Origin: Gammaproteobacteria bacterium | GTDB taxonomy: Bacteria; Pseudomonadota; Gammaproteobacteria; Ga0077536 | Length of the DNA stretch: 64,000 bases | Assembly: GCA_963662545.2 (NCBI GenBank) | Contig: CAXXLL010000003.1 | Coordinates: 480,001-544,000 of the forward strand | Reading direction: 5' to 3' | In this document: positions 44,663 to 55,359 of the stretch, in pieces | Position numbering within the stretch: position 1 is the stretch's first letter | Layout: each line of letters starts with the position of its first letter | Program-made: the position numbers and the translations under genes | Notes under the pieces: model-generated | The model's database searches: none | Told to the model about the DNA's origin: nothing | What the model saw: the letters and a program-made list of their open reading frames with translations, nothing else

Positions 44663-46687
44663 TTACACGGTGATCCGCAGGTTCAACCATTCATCAACGT
44701 TCACCGTCGCGTCCGACGGTACCAGTGTGGTTGAATCGAGTTGTTCGACGATACAGGGTCCCTCGATCTCCATTCCAGCCATGAGATCGTCCCGCAGGTA
44801 AACCGGTGTCTCGAGGGTCTCGTTGGCGTTATCGAAAACGACCGGACGTTCGGCGTGCGGAGAGCTGGTTCTGCCGCTCGGTTCATAGCGTTTGAGCTCG
44901 GCTTTCGGGGTCAGGCCAATCGCCGTGAGGTTGAGTCGGAATATCTCGAGCGCGACCCCGTCGCGCTTGTATTTGTATTCCCGCAGGTGCGCTTCCTCAA
45001 ACGCGCGCACCACTTCATCGATGGAGACAAAGGGCGCGGGAACCGGCACCGCGATCGAACGCCATTGACCCGCATAACGCATGTCAATTGAGCGCTGCAG
45101 CACCCGCTGTGCAGGCTCGACGCCTTCGCTCTCGAGCCGCTCGTACGCCTCAGTTTCGAGTGCTCCGAATGCCTCTTCGACAGCGGCCGGATTGGCGCAA
45201 GTCGTCTCCTCCAGGTACACCAGGGTGATGTCGTGTTGAATATCGACCAGCAGGCAACCGAGCGCCGAGGTGACGCCGGGGTTGGGCGGAATGATCACGG
45301 TCGGGATCGACAGGTCGCGGGCGAGCGCAGCACCGTGCAGAGCGCCTGCGCCGCCGAACGCAATCAGGGCGAAATCGCGCGGGTCGTATCCGCGCATGAT
45401 GGAAACGAGCCGGATAGCGTCCGCCATGTTGGCGTTGGCCACGTCGATGACGGCTTTCGCGGCCTCGGTTACGCCTACTCCCATAGCTGATGCGACGTGA
45501 CGGGTGAGCGCCGCCCGGGCGAGCGCCGGATCCAGACGCAGGTCACCGCCCGCGAGTCCGCTGCCGAGCCGGCCCAGCACTAGATCAGCATCGGTATTCG
45601 TGGGTTGTTCACCGCCCTGGCCGTAGCATGCGGGTCCGGGGCGCGCACCGGCTGATTGCGGCCCGTTGCGCAGTGAACCCGCGTCGTCGATCCAGGCAAT
45701 GGAACCCCCGCCCGCGCCTATCGTCTTGATATCGATGCTGGGGAAACAGATCGGATGACCGTATTCGATATACCACTCTCGCGTGACGGTCGAATCGCCG
45801 CCGAAGACCAACGAGACGTCGGTACTCGTTCCACCCATGTCGAAACCGATGGAATTTTCGAATCCGCAAAGCGTAGCAATGTACTTGCTCGCCACCGCAC
45901 CGGCGGCGATGCCCGACCCGGCCAGGCGCGCGGCCTGGCGGTCGAGGGTATTAGGCGTCATGACGCCACCGCCACTGTGCAACAACAAAAGGTCGCTGCG
46001 GTAGCCGCCGTCGCGCAGCCTTTGCTGCAGGCGCAGGGCGTAGGCGCCGATAACCGGGTGTACGACGGCATTCACGACCGCCGTCGAAAATCGATCGTGC
46101 TCGAAAATCTCGCACAATACGTCGGCAGAGTTCGACACTGCAACGCCCGGGAGCTCTTCGGCCAGTATCCGTTTCATTTCACGCTCATTGGCGGGGTTCG
46201 CAAACGAGTTCATGAAGCAAATGGTGACGGCCTCGTAAGACCGCCGTCTCAGTTTTCCAGCGAGTTCTCGCGCGGCCGCTTCATCGACCGGCATTTCGAC
46301 CTCGCCAAGCGCCGTGGTGCGCTCGGTAAACGGCAGGCGATCGCGCCGCCTTATATAAGGTGGCGGATTATCCTTGTAGGCGTCCCACAGGTCCTGTTTC
46401 GTCGATCGCCCGATCTCGATGACGTCGCGAAAGCCTTCGGTCACGACCATTGCGGTCGACGGCAGCTGGCGGGTGATGAGTGCATTCGTCGCCACGGTCG
46501 TGCCGTGGGCGAAGAGCGTGACATCTTCGAGATCGATCCCTAGCTTGTCCATGCCGCTCAGCGCGGCGTCGATCGGATCCTCCGACGAAGCCACTTTGGC
46601 GATTTCGAGCGTACCCGTATTTTCGTCGAGCACGCAGATATCGGTAAATGTCCCACCGATGTCGACGGCGACGCGCAGCTTGGGCAT
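44663..46687 (-). CDS. Hydantoinase A / oxoprolinase family ATP-dependent subunit
   Basis: DIGGTFTD, HGTTVATNA, DMGGTSTD, GAGGGS, SAGA.PGPACY, FGGAG. Confidence 0.9.
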   Translation of the reverse strand: MPKLRVAVDIGGTFTDICVLDENTGTLEIAKVASSEDPIDAALSGMDKLGIDLEDVTLFAHGTTVATNALITRQLPSTAMVVTEGFRDVIEIGRSTKQDLWDAYKDNPPPYIRRRDRLPFTERTTALGEVEMPVDEAAARELAGKLRRRSYEAVTICFMNSFANPANEREMKRILAEELPGVAVSNSADVLCEIFEHDRFSTAVVNAVVHPVIGAYALRLQQRLRDGGYRSDLLLLHSGGGVMTPNTLDRQAARLAGSGIAAGAVASKYIATLCGFENSIGFDMGGTSTDVSLVFGGDSTVTREWYIEYGHPICFPSIDIKTIGAGGGSIAWIDDAGSLRNGPQSAGARPGPACYGQGGEQPTNTDADLVLGRLGSGLAGGDLRLDPALARAALTRHVASAMGVGVTEAAKAVIDVANANMADAIRLVSIMRGYDPRDFALIAFGGAGALHGAALARDLSIPTVIIPPNPGVTSALGCLLVDIQHDITLVYLEETTCANPAAVEEAFGALETEAYERLESEGVEPAQRVLQRSIDMRYAGQWRSIAVPVPAPFVSIDEVVRAFEEAHLREYKYKRDGVALEIFRLNLTAIGLTPKAELKRYEPSGRTSSPHAERPVVFDNANETLETPVYLRDDLMAGMEIEGPCIVEQLDSTTLVPSDATVNVDEWLNLRITV

Positions 46688-46738
46688 GAACACTTCCTCT
46701 TTCTTATCGCGGAGACGGTAAGCCGGTTACCGCAGGAT

Positions 46739-48046
46739 TCAGGCAGCCGATTGTTCGCGCGCCTCACCGAATGTGGCGAAGGGCTCACCCGGCGCCGGGC
46801 GTCGATGGAATCGCCCATCCTTCATCACCGCGGTAATACGGGTGATGTCCTGCAGGATCGATAAGTCGGCGAGTGGATCACCATCGACGATGATCAAATC
46901 GGCCAGGTAAGCCGCCTTGACGCGGCCTAACAGCTCACCGCCGGCACCGGCCCAGGCTTCACCGCCATAGGCTGTCGCGGCACGCAATGCCTCGAAAGGC
47001 TGCATGCCGAAGAGGTTCACCATGTGCTCGATATCGCGCGCATCAGTGCCGATCGGCAGCCAGGCAAATCCGTAATCACCGAAGGGCAGCACCTTGATGC
47101 CGGCCTTGTGCATCTTCTGCATATTCTCGCAGCCTGCCTCGAGTTCGCGCTTATTGCCCATCGCTTCGGCGATTTCGGTCGTGATGCCCCAGTCGCCCGC
47201 TTCATAAGTCGTGTTGTAACGGGCGGCGATGGCGGGCGTCACCCAGTGCTTGTCGGCGTGTTTGGCCAGTTCCTCAATCGTTGCGTCCGTCGCAAAAGTT
47301 GCATGATTGATGAACTCGACGCCATAGCGGATGCACTGCAGAACGCCGCTGTCGGTATGGGCGTGGGCGGCAACGCGTTTACCCAGATTCAAGGACGTCT
47401 CGCAAATGGCCTTGACCTCATCCTCAGTCATCGGGTTGACGTATCCGGGAACACTGCCGAAGGTGAAGCTGTCGCCGGAGTTATTGAACTTGACGAGATC
47501 GACGCCTTCCCGAATCAATTGCCGGATCGATTTGCGGAATTCTTCAGCACCGTTGCACACCAGCCCGATCGAAGGTATGTAACGATCAAGCCTCGAATCA
47601 TCGCCGAGACCGCCGCTGACCGTGTACTCCGGCGTGCACGCACGTATGCGCGGCCCCGGAAATTCGCCTTTGTCGATCGCGTTGCGAGCTGCAATTTCGA
47701 GCCGCGGTTTTGCCGAAGCCATGCCGATCGCAGCCGTGAATCCGTAATCGAGATAGGTTTTCGCGTTACGCATCGTGACCAACATGTGCTCCTCGACCGG
47801 CAGTGAATTGGTATCCGCCAGACTCGTAGCGTCACAGTAGGTGAAATGGCAGTGCGGATTGATCATGCCGGGCATCAGACAGGCGCCGCCGCCGTCGATG
47901 ACTTCGGACACGCCGTCGCGGGTAATGGTCTCGCCTTCGAGCGCGACCGTCTTGATTCGATTGCCCTCGACCAGGACTTCGCCCGGCACCAGCGCGGACG
48001 ACTCACCCTCCAATATATTCACTTTAGTGAACAGAATTGTGCTCAT
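46739..48046 (-). CDS. Metal-dependent amidohydrolase
   Basis: PGMINPHCH (HxH), AAHAH, NHAT, ADLIIVDGDP; AGGAGG RBS before ATG 48046. Confidence 0.88.
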   Translation of the reverse strand: MSTILFTKVNILEGESSALVPGEVLVEGNRIKTVALEGETITRDGVSEVIDGGGACLMPGMINPHCHFTYCDATSLADTNSLPVEEHMLVTMRNAKTYLDYGFTAAIGMASAKPRLEIAARNAIDKGEFPGPRIRACTPEYTVSGGLGDDSRLDRYIPSIGLVCNGAEEFRKSIRQLIREGVDLVKFNNSGDSFTFGSVPGYVNPMTEDEVKAICETSLNLGKRVAAHAHTDSGVLQCIRYGVEFINHATFATDATIEELAKHADKHWVTPAIAARYNTTYEAGDWGITTEIAEAMGNKRELEAGCENMQKMHKAGIKVLPFGDYGFAWLPIGTDARDIEHMVNLFGMQPFEALRAATAYGGEAWAGAGGELLGRVKAAYLADLIIVDGDPLADLSILQDITRITAVMKDGRFHRRPAPGEPFATFGEAREQSAA

Positions 48047-48374
48047 GCTCTCCTCCTGACGGCGGTTTTTTTGCCGCATGTGGTTGCAGGTCGGCGGCGT
48101 GACTATCGTAAGCTTGTGTAACAACGGTTCGGAAATCGAGTTTCCTGCCGGCTCGCAGGTTTCGACCGACCAATACCAAACGCCAAAGTCGATCAAATCA
48201 GGTATGTCGGTGGTAATCAATCGGTCTCGCGTTCACCCGAGCAGGCGCTGCGCCAAACCCTCGCTTTCATTAGCCAGCGCTTAGGGGCTCCCCGCCTGGG
48301 TCACGAAGCCCTGGTTGGTGCACAGGGCCGCGCTGACGGCCTTGAGTATCGCCCGGCCGGTGTCGTCGAATAAA

Positions 48375-49520
48375 ATGTTCAATATGCTGCGTTTCCTCTA
48401 TACATCGGCGGTACTGCTCGGCTTTGCCCTAATCGTCGGTGCGGCGGCAGCCTGGTTCGCATTTGGCGGCGGGCGGCATTACCCCGACCTCACCACCGCG
48501 CCGACGCTGGGCCGCGATGCGCTCGAGGCAGCGGTCGTCTTCGAACGTCCTATCGGAAATGCAGCGGTGGCGGCTGACGGGCGGATTTTCTTTACCGTGC
48601 ACCCCGAATCACACCCCGAAAATCCCAAACTCTACGTATGGAACGATGATGAGGCCCGGCCATTTCCTGACGCCGCGCGCCAGTCCGAACTCTTTCAAAG
48701 CCCGCTCGGTGTCGTCATCGATCGACGCGAGCGCCTGTGGATCATCGATCCCGGCCATCACGGCCTGGGCGACCCGAGCTTGACCGCCATCGACCTCGCG
48801 AGCGGGGAGGTCGTTCACCGCCATCACTTCAACAACACGATCGCACCGCCAGGCTCGTTCCTGCAGGATCTACAGATCGATTCGAACGGACGTTATGTCT
48901 ACATCGCCGACGTTGGTTTCTGGGTCAAACGGCCGGCCCTCATCGTCTATGACGTAGAAGCGGAGCAGGCACGACGCCTGTTGAATCGGCACGAAAGCGT
49001 TTATCCGCAGAACTACCTCATCAGAACCCCTCTTCGCGACATGAGTTATTTCGGCGGCTTAGTTGCAATGAAAACGGGGATCGACGGGATTGCGATCAGC
49101 CGCGACGACGCTTGGCTCTATTTCGCCGCGATGAATCACTCCACCATGTATCGCGTGCCTACACGGCTGCTCAATGATTTCACTGCAGACGAGCAGACGA
49201 TTGAAGCGGCGCTCGAAGCCGTCGGGACGAAGCCGCTGAACGACGGTCTGTCCACGGACGATGAAGGCAACGTGTTCATCACCGACGTGGAACATCAGGC
49301 GGTCGTAAAACTGTCGCCGGACGGCAGCCTCGAAACGCTGATCAAGGACCAGCGCATCCGATGGGCCGACGGCCTTTCCTTTGGCCCGGACGGCTGGCTG
49401 TACCTGGCGGACAGCGCCATTCCGCACCTGGTGTTGCAGAGTCCATCACATATCGCCGGCCAGAGCCCCTTTTATATCTGGCGATTCAAGCCCGGATCGA
49501 AGGCCGCTGCAGGCCAGTAA
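48375..49520 (+). CDS. Major royal jelly / yellow-like beta-propeller protein, membrane anchored
   Basis: N-terminal TM helix; LWIIDPG, SFLQD, YIAD, GIDGIA, WADG motifs. Confidence 0.75.
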   Translation: MFNMLRFLYTSAVLLGFALIVGAAAAWFAFGGGRHYPDLTTAPTLGRDALEAAVVFERPIGNAAVAADGRIFFTVHPESHPENPKLYVWNDDEARPFPDAARQSELFQSPLGVVIDRRERLWIIDPGHHGLGDPSLTAIDLASGEVVHRHHFNNTIAPPGSFLQDLQIDSNGRYVYIADVGFWVKRPALIVYDVEAEQARRLLNRHESVYPQNYLIRTPLRDMSYFGGLVAMKTGIDGIAISRDDAWLYFAAMNHSTMYRVPTRLLNDFTADEQTIEAALEAVGTKPLNDGLSTDDEGNVFITDVEHQAVVKLSPDGSLETLIKDQRIRWADGLSFGPDGWLYLADSAIPHLVLQSPSHIAGQSPFYIWRFKPGSKAAAGQ

Positions 49521-49631
49521 GTAGGCCAGGCGGACATCTCGAGCCGGGTGGTGGGCAGGGTTTGCCCCGGTCATCGACCACCTCGTGCGGTGCGCTACGC
49601 AAATTGCGGATTCCGAATAGACTCTTAGCTA

Positions 49632-51328
49632 GTGTGCATCCCTAAACGCGATGCGGTTGAAATAAAAAGGAAAATTTGTCGCTTAAGGGATCGAAACCTC
49701 CGGTAGGTCGTGATCTAATGGAACTTCAAACCTCTGATTTTCCACACAATCATCGACACCACAGGAGGGGGAATGCGTCAGAAACGCACGGCCCAAGCGA
49801 GTATATACGAGCTGTTTGCTGACCATGACCTGGGGCGAGAGCTGCAGGGCATGTCCGAGTGGCTCGATGCTCACCCCAAGGTCCTCACGCCGGTCATGAA
49901 CGATCTGTGTCGGCGGGGTTTGAAGCCCACCGGTCGACGCGGACTGTCGGCGGAGTCGGTGCTGCGCTGCGCGGTGCTCAAGCAGCACCGGCAATTGAGT
50001 TACGAGGAGCTGGCCTTTCACCTGCAGGACTCGGCGAGCTTTCAGGCCTTCGCCCGGTTGCCGGGTAATGAACGTCCGAAGAAGTCTGCCTTACAGCGGG
50101 TGGTCTCGGCGATCCAGGTATCGACGTGGGAGTCTATTCATCGCGCCCTGCTGGCGACGGCGAAAGAGACGCGCATTGAGCCGGCACAGCGTGTACGGAT
50201 TGATAGCACGGTAACGGACAGTGCCATCCACGCGCCGAGCGACAGTCATCTGCTGTGGGATGGCGTGCGTGTTGTGGTTCGTCTGCTCGCACAGGCGCGC
50301 GAGTTGCCTGGCGCGCCGGAGTTGTGCTTCGTGAACCACACTCGATTGGCGAAGAAGCGTGCGCGGGCGCTGTGGTATGCGCGTGGTGCGAAGCAACGCC
50401 AACGTCTGTATCGCGATTTGATTGGGGCGACGCGTTCAACCTTGGAAGCGGTAGCGAGGGTACGTGAGCAGCTGCTGAGCCCGGGCGTCACCGGCGTTGA
50501 ACTGCCGGACTGGCTAGCGCAGGTAGCGCACTACGAAACACTTGTTCTGCAGGTGATTTCGCAAACTGAGCGGCGGGTGTTCGGCGGTGAGAAGGTCCCC
50601 GCGAGCGAGAAGTGCGTGAGCTTGTTCGAGCCGCATACCGACATCATCATAAAGGGTGCGCGCGACGTTCAGTACGGACACAAAATCAATCTGGCTTCGG
50701 GGCGCAGTGGCCTCATCCTCGACGTGGTCATCGAGCGAGGCAATCCGGTCGATAGTCAGCGCTTCATGCCGATGCTCGAACGGCATCGAACACACTACGG
50801 GACGATGCCACGACAGGTCGCCGCCGATGGCGGCTATGCGAGCCTCGACAATCTCCGGGCGGCGAAAGCAGAAGGCATCGAAGACGTTGCCTTCCACAAG
50901 AAGCGCGGGCTCGCGATCGCCGACATGGTCAAGAGTCAGTGGGTCTATCGACGCTTGCGCAACTTCCGCGCCGGCATCGAGGCCGGTATCTCCTGCCTGA
51001 AGCGTGCATACGGATTGGCACGTTGCACCTGGAAGAGCCTGCCGCACTTCGAAGCCTACGTGTGGTCTTCTGTGGTCGCCTACAACCTCAGCCTGCTCGC
51101 GCGCTATCAACTCGAATAGCGACGTTCACTCGCACTAACTGACCTCCTCGATATCGTCGAACGGGCGACTTTGGGTTGCAGCGCTCTGCGGCCGGCGAAC
51201 GTACTCACAATTACGCTCGAAGAGCCCTTCGACCCCCACCGAACCGCCGCTACCGCTCCAACAACCTACTTTCAACACCTCGATTTCTCCGTGCCCATCG
51301 AAGAAAATGCCTGTTTATGGACGGACAC
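49632..51328 (+). mobile_element. Insertion sequence, ISNCY-like, about 1.7 kb
   Basis: Imperfect TIRs GTGTGCATCCCTAAAC / GTTTATGGACGGACAC flanked by TAGCTA on both sides. The TIR/target boundary is ambiguous because TAGCTA is palindromic. Confidence 0.85.
49773..51119 (+). CDS. DDE transposase (ISNCY/IS5-like)
   Basis: SYEELAFHL.DS, RIDSTV, SLFEPHTDII.KG, ADGGY, RAGIEAGIS.LKR. Confidence 0.92.
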   Translation: MRQKRTAQASIYELFADHDLGRELQGMSEWLDAHPKVLTPVMNDLCRRGLKPTGRRGLSAESVLRCAVLKQHRQLSYEELAFHLQDSASFQAFARLPGNERPKKSALQRVVSAIQVSTWESIHRALLATAKETRIEPAQRVRIDSTVTDSAIHAPSDSHLLWDGVRVVVRLLAQARELPGAPELCFVNHTRLAKKRARALWYARGAKQRQRLYRDLIGATRSTLEAVARVREQLLSPGVTGVELPDWLAQVAHYETLVLQVISQTERRVFGGEKVPASEKCVSLFEPHTDIIIKGARDVQYGHKINLASGRSGLILDVVIERGNPVDSQRFMPMLERHRTHYGTMPRQVAADGGYASLDNLRAAKAEGIEDVAFHKKRGLAIADMVKSQWVYRRLRNFRAGIEAGISCLKRAYGLARCTWKSLPHFEAYVWSSVVAYNLSLLARYQLE

Positions 51329-51333
51329 TAGCT

Positions 51334-52137
51334 ATGAGCGCTCTCAGAATTTTCTCCTACCTGCCCAATCCGCGCCTCTTCAAGGCGACCATTACCGCTC
51401 GCTTGAATGGCGTAAGTCTAGAAATCCGCGGCGCGAAACCATCTGAGCTCGCCGAGTGGCTGTGGGATTTCGACGCCCACCCCTTGAACGACGCCGACCG
51501 CGCGGATCAATCGACCGTGCGTACCGCGCGCAAGGGATTCACCGGTGAGATACACAAGACCGACGACTTTTTGCAGGCACACCCGTTTGGCACGGTGCCA
51601 GCCGCTTTCGATCCCAGCGGACGAATCGGAATTTTCGAGTCGAACAGTATTATGCGCGCCGTTGCCCGCCTCGGTGAAGCACGGCTACAGCTTTACGGGG
51701 ACGATCCCTACTCCACGACCCGAGTCGACGCATTCCTCGATTCGAGCTTGGTTTTCGCGCTCGAAAGCCAGCGCTACCTCTTCGCGCTCGGCGGCAAGGG
51801 CTCGCTCGCGGGCGTGCACGACGAGATGACCGCTGCTTTCGAGGCTTACATGGGAGGCATCGACACAGTCCGCGGGACATCGTCGGCGTTCATCGCCGGA
51901 AACACGATGACGCTTGCGGATATCTGCTTCGCATGTGAATTGACATTGTTCGCACTCGAACGCCACGAACACGCCCGGCTCGAAGCGGTTGGACGCCGGC
52001 CGATCATCGGCCAAACCTCGCGCGAGGCTTATCCCCGCGCATTCGAACACTATGAGAAGTTGATGGCCGATCCGGTTTTCGCAGAGGATCTTGGGCCGTA
52101 CCGCGAAAAAATGACATTGGCGAAAATATTCGCCTGA
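51334..52137 (+). CDS. Glutathione S-transferase family protein
   Basis: HPFGTVPA, IFESNSIMRAVAR, TLADI. The ATG overlaps the IS target duplication. Confidence 0.82.
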   Translation: MSALRIFSYLPNPRLFKATITARLNGVSLEIRGAKPSELAEWLWDFDAHPLNDADRADQSTVRTARKGFTGEIHKTDDFLQAHPFGTVPAAFDPSGRIGIFESNSIMRAVARLGEARLQLYGDDPYSTTRVDAFLDSSLVFALESQRYLFALGGKGSLAGVHDEMTAAFEAYMGGIDTVRGTSSAFIAGNTMTLADICFACELTLFALERHEHARLEAVGRRPIIGQTSREAYPRAFEHYEKLMADPVFAEDLGPYREKMTLAKIFA

Positions 52138-52486
52138 ATACGACGCTCCAAAGCCGGCTTTTAAGAGACTGGGATGCGTCCGTGAGGCGTCGGGGAATTC
52201 GTCGCAATCTAAGGCGTGGATGCCTGGACACTTCCGCGTCGAATCCGGAGATAATACGATCTACTAGCAATGACGTTCGAAGCTATTTCGGATGTCTTTC
52301 GGGAAAATGCGTACAACGGATCGACGACAGGTGACCGCGTTCAAATCGTCGCCTGATAGTCCCGATGCCGTTGAATACTTTAACCCGTGAACGGGACGCC
52401 TGCAGCGGATTGCGCGAACGCGCCCAGTATACGACTCGCTTGAGAAAGGCGCAGTTCTAAAACCAAAATGGAAGGAGCAGATTAAA

Positions 52487-53116
52487 TTGAAACTCTATGA
52501 CTGCCAGATGGCACCCAATCCCCGGCGTGCACGGATCTTCATCGCCGAAAAGGGCCTCGATATACCTAAAATGGAGATCAACATCCTCGAAGGAGAAAAT
52601 CTCAAGGAAGATTATCTCAAGGTAAATCCCTGGGGCATGCTGCCGGCATTGGAGCTCGATGACGGCACCGTCATTACGGAAGCGCCCTGCATCTTTCGCT
52701 ACCTGGAAAATCAACATCCGGAACCGAACCTGTTGGGTAATGACCCGCTCGAATCGGCGCAGATCGAAGCTTGGGAGCGGTTTGCGGAAATGCAGGGCAT
52801 GGGCGCGATCGGTGAGTTCTTTCGCAACCAGATGGACGTGCTCAAGGATCGTGCCATGCCAGGCTTTTCGGGCATCGCACTGATACCAGAACTCGTCGAG
52901 CGCGGCAAAAAACGGACCGCCTGGTTTTACCAGCAGCTCGAAAAGCGCCTCGGTGAGTCGGAGTACGTAGGTTCCGATCGGTATACGGCCGCGGACATTA
53001 CGGCCCAATGTGCCGTGGATTTCGCCAATGCCACCGGACTGCCAGTCCCAGACGACTGCCCCAATGTCAGCCGGTGGCTAAAGGCCGTTGGTTCACGGGC
53101 AAGTGCCTCGGCCTGA
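52487..53116 (+). CDS. Glutathione S-transferase family protein
   Basis: APNPRRARIF, NP.G.LP.LELDDG, YTAADI; AAGGAG RBS before a TTG start. Confidence 0.9.
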   Translation: MKLYDCQMAPNPRRARIFIAEKGLDIPKMEINILEGENLKEDYLKVNPWGMLPALELDDGTVITEAPCIFRYLENQHPEPNLLGNDPLESAQIEAWERFAEMQGMGAIGEFFRNQMDVLKDRAMPGFSGIALIPELVERGKKRTAWFYQQLEKRLGESEYVGSDRYTAADITAQCAVDFANATGLPVPDDCPNVSRWLKAVGSRASASA

Positions 53117-53247
53117 GATAAGGATAAGGGCGGGATGCCGGGTACAGGCGTACCGTCGTTTCTCGTCTTGCGACGGCCGATGAAATACGGACGGAGCAAG
53201 ACGGCCATTCGGATGAACGACGCCAAGGACCTGTACGTCCCGGATCG

Positions 53248-54081
53248 ATGCGCGAGCCGTCCATAGGAACCGACATGGGTTCGCGGTTCCACTGGCATTG
53301 CTGGCGCCGCGACGTATCGAATTTCGCGCTACTCAAGTATCGGGATTTCGACGGATTTCTTGTCACGATGGCGCATTCTGGCACGCATTGGCTCAAATAC
53401 ATGATGAGCGTCGCGATCGCGAGTCAGCTCGATCTCCCGCCTCCGCGCTACATACACAACGATTCGAGCAACGATTTTATCGGACACCCAAAACACGAGC
53501 GTCGTTACCGCGAGGCACCGCGGATCGCAAGCACCCACTCGATTCCGCATGCCATGTTCGACTCGCGAATGCTGCGCAAATTAGTAAAATTTCCACACTA
53601 CGCCATATTGGTACGTGATATTCGCGCGGCCTTGGTTTCGAACTACGAAAAATGGAAGCTTCGTTACGGCGTATCGTTTTCTGAATATTTACGTGGCGAC
53701 CCGTCCGGAAAATGTTACATCATGGATATCTGGTGGTGTTTGCACTTTCTCAACCGGTGGTCCCGCGTGACTGCGCGTTTTCCGCATGAAACGCTTATAT
53801 TAAAGTATGAGCGATTGACTGAAGATCCCGCCGTTTCGATCGAGCAGATATTTACCCACTTCGACATCGTGATCGCCCATGATCATATCGAGTACGCGAT
53901 CGCCGAATCGAGTAAGGAAAAAATGGCCGACAGGCTGAATCCGGACGACCCCGTGCGAAATATCGTGCGAGACAGCGATCGAGCGCCCGACACGTGGTTC
54001 AGCGCCGACGACAGGCTGTTTTTCGACACCACTCTGGCTCGCTACCTCCATGACGATTTTGGATATAGCTATAGTTGGTGA
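53248..54081 (+). CDS. Sulfotransferase domain protein
   Basis: AHSGTHWL (5'-PSB-like), LVRDIR..LVS (3'-PB-like), LKYE.L..DP. Confidence 0.75.
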   Translation: MREPSIGTDMGSRFHWHCWRRDVSNFALLKYRDFDGFLVTMAHSGTHWLKYMMSVAIASQLDLPPPRYIHNDSSNDFIGHPKHERRYREAPRIASTHSIPHAMFDSRMLRKLVKFPHYAILVRDIRAALVSNYEKWKLRYGVSFSEYLRGDPSGKCYIMDIWWCLHFLNRWSRVTARFPHETLILKYERLTEDPAVSIEQIFTHFDIVIAHDHIEYAIAESSKEKMADRLNPDDPVRNIVRDSDRAPDTWFSADDRLFFDTTLARYLHDDFGYSYSW

Positions 54082-54117
54082 TTGCGGATTAAAGAAGACC
54101 AAGCGGAGAAGCAACCA

Positions 54118-55359
54118 GTGACCAATTCCTTCATCGAAGTCCAATCACGAGACGGCGGTAGCTTCAGGAGCTACCTGGCGGAGCCGTCAAACGGCAGCGG
54201 CCCCGGACTCGTCCTGCTCCAGGAGATCTTCGGGATCAATGCCTTCATGCGCGAGTCCGCCGATCGTTACGCCGAGGAGGGATATGTCTGTATCATCCCC
54301 GACCTTTTCTGGCGCCTCGAGCCAGACACCGATCTTGGCTATAAGGCGTCCGACGTCGAGAAGGCCCTGGACCTGCGCGCTCGGTTCGACGTCGATCAGG
54401 CCGTCATCGATATCGGCGACGCTATCGAAGCCTTGCGGCAACACGACGCGCAGGTCGGAAAGATTGCTTGTGTCGGTTATTGTCTGGGCGGATTGCTGGC
54501 CTATTTAAGCGCGGCACGGCTCGACATCGACTGCGCCGTCAGTTACTACGGCGTCGGCATCGAGAATTATCTGCAGGAAATGAACGCGATAAAACGGCCC
54601 TGCGTGCTGCACCTCGCCGAGTTGGACTCGAAGGTCCCGGCTAAAGCCCAGAGCGCGATTCAATCGGCGGCTGCGGACCTCCCGCAGCTACGCACCTACT
54701 CCTATCCGGGCTGCGGTCACGCGTTCGCGAACCGGCTCAGAGACAGCTACGACAAACCCGCCGCGATGATGGCGTATTCGCGTACGCTCGCGGCGCTGCG
54801 TAAGGAAATGGGTCCGATCTATGACCTCTCGGCATTATGGGAAAAACACACTGAATACGAATTCGCCATGCGCGACGTCGATCGCACCATGGCGACCATG
54901 GTGGACGAACCGTATGTCAACCACGTTCCAACGATGACCGGCGGCGTCGGATTCGATCACTTGAAGCGGTTCTATACGCATCACTTCGTGAATTCAAACC
55001 CCGAAGATACGCGCCTGATCCCCGTATCGCGCACGGTGGGTGCCGATCGACTGGTTGATGAAATGATTTTCTGCTTCACTCATACCCGCGAGATCCCGTG
55101 GATGCTGCCGGGCATTGAACCGACGGGGAAATACGTCGAGATACCGCTCGTCGCAATCGTCAATTTCCGCGGGGACAAGCTCTATCACGAGCACATTTAC
55201 TGGGATCAGGCGTCAGTACTCGTGCAAATCGGCAAACTCGACCCGAGCGGACTGCCCGTCGCGGGCATAGAGACCGCGAAGAAGCTCGTCGACGAACGGC
55301 TGCCATCGAACGGATTAATGGCCGAAGCCTGGGCGGCGAGCGAAGACAAACCGACTTGA
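54118..55359 (+). CDS. Dienelactone hydrolase fused to a SnoaL/NTF2-like domain
   Basis: QEIFG, GYCLGG nucleophile, HAF; C-terminal PYVNHVPTMTGG...EHIYWDQASVL. Confidence 0.87.
   Translation: MTNSFIEVQSRDGGSFRSYLAEPSNGSGPGLVLLQEIFGINAFMRESADRYAEEGYVCIIPDLFWRLEPDTDLGYKASDVEKALDLRARFDVDQAVIDIGDAIEALRQHDAQVGKIACVGYCLGGLLAYLSAARLDIDCAVSYYGVGIENYLQEMNAIKRPCVLHLAELDSKVPAKAQSAIQSAAADLPQLRTYSYPGCGHAFANRLRDSYDKPAAMMAYSRTLAALRKEMGPIYDLSALWEKHTEYEFAMRDVDRTMATMVDEPYVNHVPTMTGGVGFDHLKRFYTHHFVNSNPEDTRLIPVSRTVGADRLVDEMIFCFTHTREIPWMLPGIEPTGKYVEIPLVAIVNFRGDKLYHEHIYWDQASVLVQIGKLDPSGLPVAGIETAKKLVDERLPSNGLMAEAWAASEDKPT

Noticed and set aside
52138-52486. 350-bp intergenic region as a riboswitch or sRNA
   Set aside because: No recognisable aptamer consensus or convincing terminator found by eye.
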